This document shows positions 37,601-47,843 of a stretch of 64,000 nt of DNA, piece by piece. Under the pieces are notes generated by a model, which saw only the letters and a list, made by a program, of their open reading frames with translations, searched no databases and had not been told where the DNA came from. This stretch comes from Schmidtea polychroa (lineage: Eukaryota): assembly GCA_044892525.1 (NCBI GenBank), contig CM097885.1:218674001-218738000 (forward strand), in the 5' to 3' direction. Position 1 is the stretch's first letter, and each line of letters opens with the position of its first letter. The position numbers were made by a program, and so were the translations under genes.

Positions 37601-40600
37601 CTTAATTGTGCCCTTACTCTTGCCATTTCTTTAAATTGATGATCTGTAATAAAGAATCTAGCCAACAATGGAATACAACCAATAACTAATTTCCATGACC
37701 ATCCCGATATTGCGTATATTCGATGTACTGACAACATTTGCGACACTACCACCTTTGCCGTTATCATAATCACGTAAATTCCAATTAAACCTGCACATGC
37801 TTGTCCCAAAAACATGAACTTGCCCCAAATCTTTTCCATCGTTTTATATGTAGCTCGTTTGAAATGATCAGGTGTTAGCAAATTTTCGTAATTTACTGTT
37901 CCTTCTCCATTCGGTAATACTGTGTCAATCATTTCTGAAATTATCCGTTCCTTTTTGGATGGAAACAACAAATTCCTTTGAGCTTCTTCGATATCTTCGC
38001 TTGCATACAAGCCCATTTGTGCCATTTTGTTTAGTGATGTGAAATTTATCAGGTATTCTAAATTTGTTAATTCTAGTTTGTCTGGAGTCTTGACCCCACG
38101 ATAATCTGGTAAGGCTATCCATGAGTCTGTAGCTAATCGGTATAAAGGGGCTAATAATCGATTGCATTGCAAAAGTTTTGGTTTAGTTTGTTCATCAAGC
38201 AAGATTCTAGTTATCGGTTCCATAAATCGTACCTTTCCCCCAAAGCTTACTGGTAATTCATTCGTACATTTTTCGTATTTGGCAATTTTCACTGTGACTT
38301 CTTTGCATTTGTAACTGTATAATGCTTCTCCAAATATTCTCGCAAACACTCCATTTTCTGATATTAGCATAGGTGCTACTAAATTTGGATTCGTAATTGC
38401 CATCGCCATCCGATTTCGGAGAATCTCTTTATTCAACTTACAATCGTTCAGAATCATTTCTCTATATACATTTTCCATGATGTTTTGACTAAAATGAAAC
38501 AAATAATCAATTTTATTATTAAAATAATGAGTAAGTTTAATGTCATCTCTGTGAATTTTAATTTTTGCTTCTTCCACAACATTTCTAGACACGTAAACAC
38601 CTTTATAATTTGTTACATATACCATTCGACCACATTTATTTGTGATTTCCTTTTTTATAAATCGCATTCCATCTGCTGGTAACGTAGACATTATAACTGT
38701 TCCCATTTGCTTTGTCCATACTGGGGTTGATTTAATGGTATTATTTGGTCTATAATTCATAGTGAAATTATCTGGTTTATCTCTAAACTGTTCTCCTACT
38801 AGCTCTTTAAAGTTCATAGTTTTTAAGTGCGCTAAATTACACTTATTTGTTTCTACATTATAAACAAGAATCGATTCCCCTGTTTGACAATGTGTTTGTT
38901 TCATATTACAGAATGGATGAGTTTGTAATTTTCCCGTATCATCATCGAAAGCTCCTTCGAACTCTCTCAACTCCGTGAGATACTCTTCTAGCACCACTGT
39001 TTGCTGAATAATTTTACCGTTCATTTTATATGGTTCACCTTCACAGTCGCCATTTGCTTTCATTACTCCCTTTACAATTATTGTTTCTCGTATTCTATGG
39101 TTCAATTTTGCCTTTAAACGAATTTCTGGACTTATTTTTAATTCTCCTGTTTGAAATGCTGCTAGACAGTTTTCTGGAAGCACCTCGACTGGCCTAGGTA
39201 TCGCATGCATTTTTATGAGTGACGTATGGCTCCATTTACCACAATAGAATACAAATGTTGTATGTTTGGCAATACACTCTCTCACTTGAGTTCTTCGCAG
39301 ATCAGACTCTTGATACACATAATATTTTACGTCATTTTCTATTTTTAAACTGCTCGGATACGCACCTGGGCATTCCGACATATCTACTACCGAATAGACT
39401 TTTCCCATTTCAGTTTGGGAACAATCGTACGCAACTAAAGATGATGTCTGTGTAATTATTGCACAAAACGTAATCACCATAAACATCGCCCATGGAAATA
39501 TCATAGTTTTTCTTAGTTCTGGCTTAACTCTTTCATTTACTCGTCTTTGGGGTGGACTCATTTCTTGCTTCTCATTTTTCTTTTCTGTTAGAGATGAACA
39601 CAGTGTTTTCCAACCACCTTTTTCGTTTACCCAGCTCATTAAATATTCGTTTACTAGCCGGGCAGCGATGTCTATCAAATTTTCTAACTTGTCGGACCTT
39701 GCGAACGTATGCGTTCCAATTTCTAAAACAACATAAGTTAAAGCTATTATTATAACTTCCTTATTAATTTCATTTTTTGCCAAATTTTCAATTACTGATC
39801 TCTCGCAGAATGTATTCTCTTCGCCAAATTTCTGCATCACTTCAGGAAGCCTATTCTTCATCTCTTTAACTATTTCTTTCAGTTCATCCTCTACCTCTAT
39901 TTCTATGTCGAACATTGGATATACTGCTTTAACGAGATGTTTCAACATTTTCTTAGTTTCGTCGACGTCCTGTTCTAGCCTCACTAAATATTTCTTTATT
40001 TCATATAAAGTTCTAACTTTCTTATTTTTGATTTCACCATTTATTTCGCCTTCAGGTACAAGTGGCTCTCCTTGTACGTCTGGTTCCGTGGACTGATCTT
40101 TGTTATCAGGATCTTTTTGCTCATTATCACTAACGATTTCATCAATTTCTTTATTTCCCTTAACTTTTTCATCTTGTTCCTCTGTGTCAGGCTTGTTAGA
40201 CTCAATATTTACTTCTAAACTCACTCCTTTTACTACGACTATATGGTTCACTAAATATCCCACTCGTCCATCTCGGATCAAATATCCGTTTTCATCCAGC
40301 TCTTGTGGTACACACCCACAATCATATAGGTATTCATCATCGTCAAGTTCTTCACCTTTGTACATTACTATAATAATTCCATCTTTTCCCAGCGTTTCAG
40401 CCGCTCTCTTCCACAATTTTCGGACCTTTGCACACCAATGCTCGTCTACATATTCCGTTTTGCCATATCCCTCATAATCTAATGCTATCAAAAATGGCTT
40501 TAACTCTACTCTTGCCTTTCTGAGCTCCTTGCCCAACCTTTGCAATAAACTTCTTAATAACTTGGCATATCTGGTTTTCACATGTAAATATGGTCGTATT

Positions 40601-42717
40601 GCATTCACTATTTTTAGTTTATCGTTTTCCTCCATTTCTAATTTCTCAATAATCTGTAACTTCTCATTGATTTCATCTTCATCTCCAATATATAACGCAT
40701 CATTTAATTCCTCTAATATCTCCCTTGAATTCCTTTTGTCTATTATTTTACTACTCATTATTTCATCACTAGTAATTACATTTTCCATTTTTAATTCATT
40801 TGTACTTCCTGGAATAAATCCACAATCTACCAAAAATTCGTCATTTTCTAACAATCTCTCATTAAATCTCAACTCTATCATGCATCCTTCCTTTTTTTCT
40901 TTTAATTTATTCTTTAAATCATTTACACAATCATTTGCCTCACAACGACAACATAGTACACTTTTATCAATCTCGTTTACTACTTCCACCAAGATGGAAT
41001 CTAACCCTGTTTTCTCTCTCAAAGCTTTTCCAAATATTTTCATTAATTCTTTAATTTCTTCTTTATACCTTGGATTCATATTATAGTAGTTAACGCACAA
41101 GCTAATTACACTTTTTATCTTTCTCATACTCAAAGATATTTGACTTAATTCTCTCAACGATTTGATCACTTTAGCCGACTCTATTTCATTATTTCCGATT
41201 AGTTTTTCGATTCTGGTCATTATCATTGTTGCTTTTTCACTTTCTAAATCATCTTTTATAACTCTCCTTTTCGACTCTTTTTCATTCAATTCCTCTTGCG
41301 ACTCATACATCATGTGATTATTGTAGTCCTCTTCTGATTCAAACTTTGACATCAATCGATCCAAACGTCGACCCATTTCTCTCACTTCGCTTTCAATTCT
41401 TTCATTAAAATTATCTGGCTGAATAAAAGCTACATTATCCATCTGCGGTTTGTCACTCTGAAACCTAATCGATTTCTTTAATATGGGCCTTTGGAATTTA
41501 TCCACATTTCTTGGACATGATCTAGCCATGTGTCCATAACTTCTGCATGAATGACATTGAATTTGTCCTTGTAGATTTACTTTATCTCTCTGCGGTGATG
41601 GTGAAGTTGATGTTGATCTTGACCTGGCAAAACAATTTCGTGACACATGCCCTTTTCTTCCGCAATTAAAGCATTGTAAGTTATCATTAGTTCTCGGCTC
41701 ATTAATGTTCGCTTTAGTGAAACTTTTCGCACCATTTCCTTTTAACCAATCAGGCCACATTTGCCTTGGACTCCGTTGTACATTATTTTTGGACCAGCAT
41801 TGATTGCTGTCATGTCCCATTCTTTGGCAATTATCACACTGAATCGGAATTGGGCTTCTCTGTACTCTATTTTTAAACCAGCATTGGTTAACATGGTGTC
41901 CAATCCTTTGGCAATGACTACATTGGATGGGACCTTCCTTTCCATCTGTTTGAATATCTGTTGACTTGTTCGACTCAAATTTGGATCTAAATTTTGGTGA
42001 TGGACTACTTGTTTGTTGAAAACGATTGTTTCTAATTGGGGTTACTGATCTTTCGCTTGCGCCTGAGATGACTGCAAACGATTCTGATTTTGACTGTGTG
42101 CTTTTTAAATTTAGCTCAATTTTCATTGCCTTTTTGATCAATTCATCAAAGTCATTAAAATCAACATAGCATAGAGCCTTTTTAATTTCTTTCTTTACTC
42201 CTGACAAGAATTGATCCTGCAATAATTCTTTTACCTGCTTTGCCATCTCGGCCTGTTCTGGTTTCACTTCGAACGCTTTCTCTGCAAGAGTTGATAAATG
42301 ATAAGCAAACTCACTTACCGATTCCTCTGGCTTTTGTACGCGGTTATAGAATTTCTGTCGCATTATCCGTTTGATATCCCCTCCGATTAATTTCGTAGCT
42401 AAAGCGTCTTTCAACTTGGTCCAGTCATTTGCTACTATTCTTTTATCAATTTGTTGCCACGCTTCTCTGGCTGCTCCTTTTAGGTATAGCGGTAATCTTT
42501 GCACCATTATCGATTGGCTCCATCCATAGGCCGTCGCATACATATAGTAATCTGCCATGAAATCGACAAATTCCAGCGGATCTCCACCGTACTGATCCAC
42601 AGGTAGTTTTTGGCAACTCGCATAATCATTGCCTTCCCTGGCATTCCCCACAGAAACTGTGGACACCGGTGTTTCATCATTATTATTTGTATTATTAACT
42701 TGTCTTTGGGTACTCAT
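34603..42717 (-). CDS. Gag - accessory domains - Env-like glycoprotein - protease - RT - RNase H - integrase N-part polyprotein
   Basis: First ATG at 42717; LPLYLKGAAREAW and FYNRVQKPEESVSEF (gag), 4 x CX2CX4HX4C, AYDC glycoprotein, LLDSGSS (PR, D at 37165-37167), LRFCVDYRKLN and YIDD (RT), TDASNFALGAVL (RH), H..ALGGH..C..C (IN zinc finger). Confidence 0.95.
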
Positions 42718-43100
42718 TATATTCTCTACTAGTTTTTGGCTTCTCAATTTATAAAATGATCTGGTTAACACAGGTTTTACTCGTCTAAAATTTAAAGTAT
42801 TACAATTACAAAATTTACCTTTCGTTTTAATTTTGACTTTTCAACAATCACTCGTTACAAATTTTCCCACTTTGCTTCAATAATAAATTCACCACTTTAA
42901 TAATTCTCGAATAATGTTCACCACTTTCAAATAAACGTTTCACTTCAATATTTATTTATTTAATTATTATTATCTTTTTCCAAATTTTTTTTTTTTTTTT
43001 TTCGATACTTTACTAATCTCAACAAATTTTCACCGACCTTTTTATTCCTCGGTATCACTCAAATATTATCACAATTTCAACAAATCTTCACCGACTTTTG

Positions 43101-43118
43101 ATCACGTCGGGCTCACCA
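43101..43118 (-). other. primer-binding site for tRNA-Trp
   Basis: TGGTGAGCCCGACGTGAT, 4 nt inside the 5' LTR boundary; 17/18 to the avian sarcoma-leukosis virus tRNA-Trp PBS TGGTGACCCCGACGTGAT as recalled. Confidence 0.85.
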
Positions 43119-43214
43119 AATATGTTGGGTTTTTAATGCAAGTCGGTACTACGGTCTGACTCCTTTGTGTTCTTTTCCAAATAAATAAATAAACAAATAA
43201 CCCAACACAAAATC

Positions 43215-43220
43215 TTTATT
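43215..43220 (-). terminator. LTR polyadenylation signal (also 27685-27690)
   Basis: AATAAA about 95 nt before the LTR end; AATAAA at the equivalent position in the diverged LTR near 52515. Confidence 0.6.
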
Positions 43221-43476
43221 GACACTGATGCAGTTACACTTTTACACTTGTATTAGTTTACTCACACTTGATACAATCAGGTTTTGTCTGCACTTTTCAA
43301 TTGCCAACAAATCTCACGCAGGGGTAGATCTTCCAACGGGAGATATCCCTTTCTGGTACGTTCGATTTTTTTTTATATGGTTTACTTTCGACTAACTTTG
43401 ATATTTCCTTTTTCACTCGCGTCAACCTCTGTTTTCTTTTCTTCGACCAACTGGCATTTTGTTTTCTTGTCAGTTG

Positions 43477-43484
43477 CTTTTATA
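43477..43484 (-). promoter_or_regulatory. LTR TATA box
   Basis: TATAAAAG downstream of the U3 tandem repeats and upstream of the AATAAA. Confidence 0.65.
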
Positions 43485-44327
43485 CTCGCTTGTTAATTGA
43501 CTTTATTTTTGCCAATTATTTTTGGTTTTATTTCCCCCGGGCTTCCTCTTGGAGGTCTAATTTAATTGAAGGGAATTTGCTCATTTCCTTTGACGGCGCT
43601 TTTTATCCGGCTAAATTAATTGCCTTCCCGAAATTAGATTTCTCAATTCGCTCGGGTTTTCCATTGTATCGGGTTTCCCATTAGCTCGGGTTCTCCATTA
43701 GCTCGGGTTTCCCATTAGCTCGGGTTTTCCATTAGTTAATTAATTTTTGTTTTTTTGTAATTTATTCCTTTTAGGGACCCCCCATTGATTTTATTTTATT
43801 ATAGCTGAACTCGTCTCATTATTCAGCATCCGCCCATACCAGTTTCCCCCAGAAAATATTCATTTTTAAAATTTTGATTTTTTAATTAATATTTTGTACT
43901 TTAAATTTTTATTTTGAATTTGGTGTTTTTGTCAATTTTCACCTCATTTTTGTGCCTCTCTTGTTGAACCCCAACATTTATGACAATGTGTAAATTAATA
44001 GTGACAAAAGCAAAAGGCAATTTTTAGTCAATGATCCTTTGAAAAAATTAATTTTTAAATAATATATTATTTATTTTGAATATCATTATTTGATTTGATT
44101 TAATATATTTTATTTATTAATTTTATTAAGCAGAGGCGTTAAAAAGAATTTAAAAAACGAAAATCTATCAAATGACGTTCATTTTTCTAAAATATCTTAT
44201 ATAAATGACTTTGTTTTTTTTTAAAAAAGAATGTCAAAATTTAAAAAAATGTAAAATATTCAAATCTATTATTAATTTCATGTATAAATAAATTTAAATT
44301 ATTTTGTTTTTGTTTAAATACCCAAGA

Positions 44328-46239
44328 ATGATGAGCTCTGATCAAAATAAAAGAAAAATTAATGATGAAAATCGCAAGTTTAATGAAAAATGGAGGCTTG
44401 AATATTTTTTTAATATTTTGAAAGACAAAGCAATATGATTGATATGTTTAGAAAAGGTGTCAGTTTTAAAAGAATATAATATTAAACGACACTATGAGAC
44501 TAAACATTCCTCGAAATTCTCCAACTTAAAAGGACAAAATCGAAAAGATAAACCTAATGACCTTTATCAAACATACAACAACAGCAAAACATATTTAAGG
44601 TTAATACAGCGTCTTCGGAGATAATCGTTAAAGCTAGCTATCTTGTTAGTCAGATTTTGGCAAAAAATCTAAAGCCTTTTTCAGATGCAGAGATCGTAAA
44701 GGAATGTATGGAAGCTATAGATGAAACCGCCTTTGCAGATAAAATTAAAATCATTGAAAATATCAATTTATCAAGATTTACAGTTGCAAAACGAATTGAT
44801 GAGCTTTCAAAAACTATTCAAGAAACGTTAAAGATGCGGATTTCTAATCTTGAATGGATGTCATTTGCCCTGGATGAGAGTTGTGACATATGTGATACTG
44901 CCCAAATGGCCATTTTTGTAAGAGGTAGACTCTAATTTTAAAATTCATGAAGAATTTGTGGGTCTTGTTCCAATGAAAGGTACTACAACAGGAGAGAATT
45001 TATATAAAGAATTAAAAGTTGTCATAGTTGAGCTTGAAATACCATTCGAAAAATTCATAGGTGTAACAACTGACGGTGCACCTTCGATGTTTAGTATGAG
45101 AGTCATTCTGACTGGAAGAGAATTTAAGTGCAAAAATAATAAGAATGTCTAATGTTATTCAAATTGTAGTTAAAATGATAAATTTTGTCAAAGCAATTTG
45201 TAATCACAGACAATTTGTAGATTTTTAAAAAGATTTGGAAAGCGAATATGGTGATCTTATTTTTAATACAGTAGTTCGTTGGTTAAGTAGTGGTAATATG
45301 CTAAAACGCGTATATGATTTAAAAGGCGAAATAAAGCTTTTTTTAGATAAAAAAGAATATTATTTTCCAGAGTTTACTGACAAACTGGATGTGTGATTTT
45401 GCTTTTTGCATTGATATAACCAAATACTTAAATGATTTAAATATTATGCTTCAAGGAAAAGGAAAATTTATTAATGAGATGTTTGATGAAATTAAAGCTT
45501 TTGAAAAAAAGCTTAAAATATTTAAAAATAATTTAGAATGCAATAACATGTAACACTTTTCGACGTTAGAAAAAGAAAAACCACCTGATACAAAAAATAT
45601 GCAAGGAAAATTCAAAGTTAAATAGAAGAATTCAGTTCTCGATTTCAATGTTTGCGTGAGAATCAAATATATTTTTATCTGTTTGCTTCACCTTTTATTT
45701 TGAATATTGACCAGGTGCCAGAAAAATATCAAATTGAACTAATCGATTTGCAGTGCAACACTGAACTTAGAAATAATTTTCAGCATGCCAAATTAATAGA
45801 TTTTTATAAAAAATATTTTAGTACTGATAAGTTTCAGATACTTGCTATAAATGCAAAACAAATTATGAGTCTACTTGGAAGTATTTATATTTGTGAATAG
45901 CTATTTTCAAAAATGAAAATAATAAAAAACCAGCGTCGAAGCAACCTGTGTGATGAAAGATTAAAAAATTGTCTGCATGTGTCAGTTTCATCTATACAAG
46001 CCAACATAGAAAACTTGTAGCTGACAAACAGTTGCAAAAATCGCACTAAAAATAAAAATTTCCATTATTTTATATTAAGCATAAATGTATTCTTTTAAAT
46101 TTTAAAAGTTTTAATAATAAATAATTTATAAATGTAAATATTTTAAACAACACTTTAATATTAAAAAATTAAAACTGCGGCCCAAAAAAAAATTTATTTA
46201 TTTTTTTGGCCTATTTAATAAAAAGGTTGCTCATCACTG
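44328..46239 (+). pseudogene. decayed hAT Charlie/SPIN (GTF2IRD2/EPM2AIP1-like) transposon
   Basis: RKFNEKW, ICLEKVSVLKEYNIKRHYETKH, SFALDESCD, GVTTDGAPSM, VRWLSSG, GSIYICE across many stops; right TIR GGTTGCTCATCACTG; left TIR not found. Confidence 0.85.
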
Positions 46240-46247
46240 CTTTACAC

Positions 46248-46980
46248 TGACAATCAGTTCAACACTGCTTGGTGACTATACAATGCTTATTACAACACTC
46301 AATGAGGAATAGCACTTGTGTATAACACCGCATTGAAAGATCTCTAATTACTGATTGGTTTATCAACTGGGACTTTGAGCTGGTTGTTTTCTTTGACCTT
46401 TTTCACAACTTTATTCAAATACTCAAATAACTTCTTTTCGTTTAATTTTTCAACTAATTCTTTTCTTCAAATCTTTTCCAAAATTTATTCTTCACAATTA
46501 TTTTTCATAAATCGTTTTTTCAATAACGTTTCTGTCTAACATATCGTCTAAATTTTTGTTTCTATTTCGTCCCCAAATTTGTCTCAATTTGTGTCCACCA
46601 GCTTCCCTTTATATAGTTTGTTTTTTTTGTGGCACTAGAGACAGATTTTGTTTTCCATTTTCATTTTCCCCTGTATTCTCCGCTACCTCAACTTTATCTC
46701 TGACAGATGTCGAGATATTTTTCCCTTTTCCTTTTTTGTTAAGCCACCTTCTCCCAGGAATTCCGCTATCTTTGACAAGCTGCCAAGATACGGCTTTTCC
46801 CATATTTTGTTTTTCTGGAATTTTAAATTTCACCTTCGTTTGTACTTTTTAATTAGCAATGGTCTTTGTTTTAATTTATTGTTTGTTTTCTTTTATTTGA
46901 TTTATCTTTCTCATTTTTCATTTCTTTTTACTTCCGGTTTCTTCTCTGAGTTCCATAGATCGTCCCATTTCTCATGACGA
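46248..46980 (-). mobile_element. diverged LTR remnant (family B), homologous to 51860-52625 in the opposite orientation
   Basis: Blocks such as tgcttattac.acactc...gaatagcact.g.gtataacacc and tccgctatct.tgacaagctg are shared with the reverse complement of 51910-52500. Confidence 0.7.
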
Positions 46981-47229
46981 TCTTCCCCCAGGTAATTTAC
47001 TTATTTATTATTTATTATCAAAAATAATAATAATATTAATATTATTATCATTATTATTTGCCTTTTATCCATTGATTTAAATTTTATTGTTAAAATTCTA
47101 CAAATATCGAAAATAAATTTCTATCGTCATGATAATATTATATTACAATAATAATATTATATTTTTAACTTATCTATCAAATACCAAAATATTGTATTTC
47201 ATAATAAATTTAAAAAAATTATTAATTAC

Positions 47230-47843
47230 TTTATCAAAGAAGAAATCTTTACTGAATTTCTTCCAAATTTACATTTAGTTAATTTTACAGAAAGAACATT
47301 GGGTTTCAGTGTGGCATGGAGTTTATTATTCACATAAACCCGATACGCTTCTAATCGATGGCGGATGAAATCCATTGACTGGTTATCGCTGTCATGGACG
47401 ACAGTTGTGTACATCAAAGGTTGCTGCCAATTAATGTAAATTGTATTAGAAACAATCTTTGAACAAGTTAAAAATTGAGGAGGCGAAGGACTCGTTTTGG
47501 TTCTTGCAAACAATGGGACTTTGCACGGATAATGAGTTGTTCGACGATTATCATCATCATTATCAAAATTGTCACGAAATTTATCAATATTTAGAATTGT
47601 TTTTATGCTAACAACAGCTTCCACGTCTATTCTATACATGGTGGCTGGTAATAATCTATCCAAATCTGCTATATGACAGTATTTATCAACATTTATACAG
47701 ATTGATGATTGCTCTTCGGAGTTATCTTTGCCTGAATGAGTTATTTCAGAAATTCTGATAACTTGAGATAAAAGGCGATTTGTTCCATTTACTGATGGAA
47801 GACTCCATTCAATTTTAATTTTATCTAGAAAAGTTTCTTGTAC
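47230..47843 (-). CDS. host multi-FN3 gene exon (about 1.5 FN3 repeats)
   Basis: TTTCAG acceptor; KIKIEWSLP, LDRLLPATMYRIDVEA, SPSPPQFL..TIYINWQQP, YRVYVN. Donor position ambiguous; AA|GTAATT fits the phase. Confidence 0.85.

Larger units (their letters stand above)
27593..43976 (-). mobile_element. full-length 16.4-kb Ty3/gypsy LTR provirus carrying two glycoprotein-like domains and accessory genes
   Basis: Paired LTRs, TSD TTTA (27589-27592, 43977-43980), PBS, PPT, and PR-RT-RH-IN order. Confidence 0.97.
43123..43976 (-). repeat. 5' LTR (854 bp)
   Basis: TGTTGGG...CCCAACA, near-identical to 27593-28447. Confidence 0.97.

Noticed and set aside
37325-41964. Plus-strand ORFs up to 185 aa opposite the polyprotein (for example 40100-40477, 40529-41086)
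   Set aside because: Ser/Phe/Leu-rich antisense shadows of a Glu/Lys-rich coding strand; no motifs.
27593-43976. Element length is exactly 16384 bp, and possible identity with planarian Burro elements
   Set aside because: The length is a coincidence defined by biological ends (TSD, LTRs). Burro elements, as recalled, are about 30 kb with other accessory domains that are not visible here.
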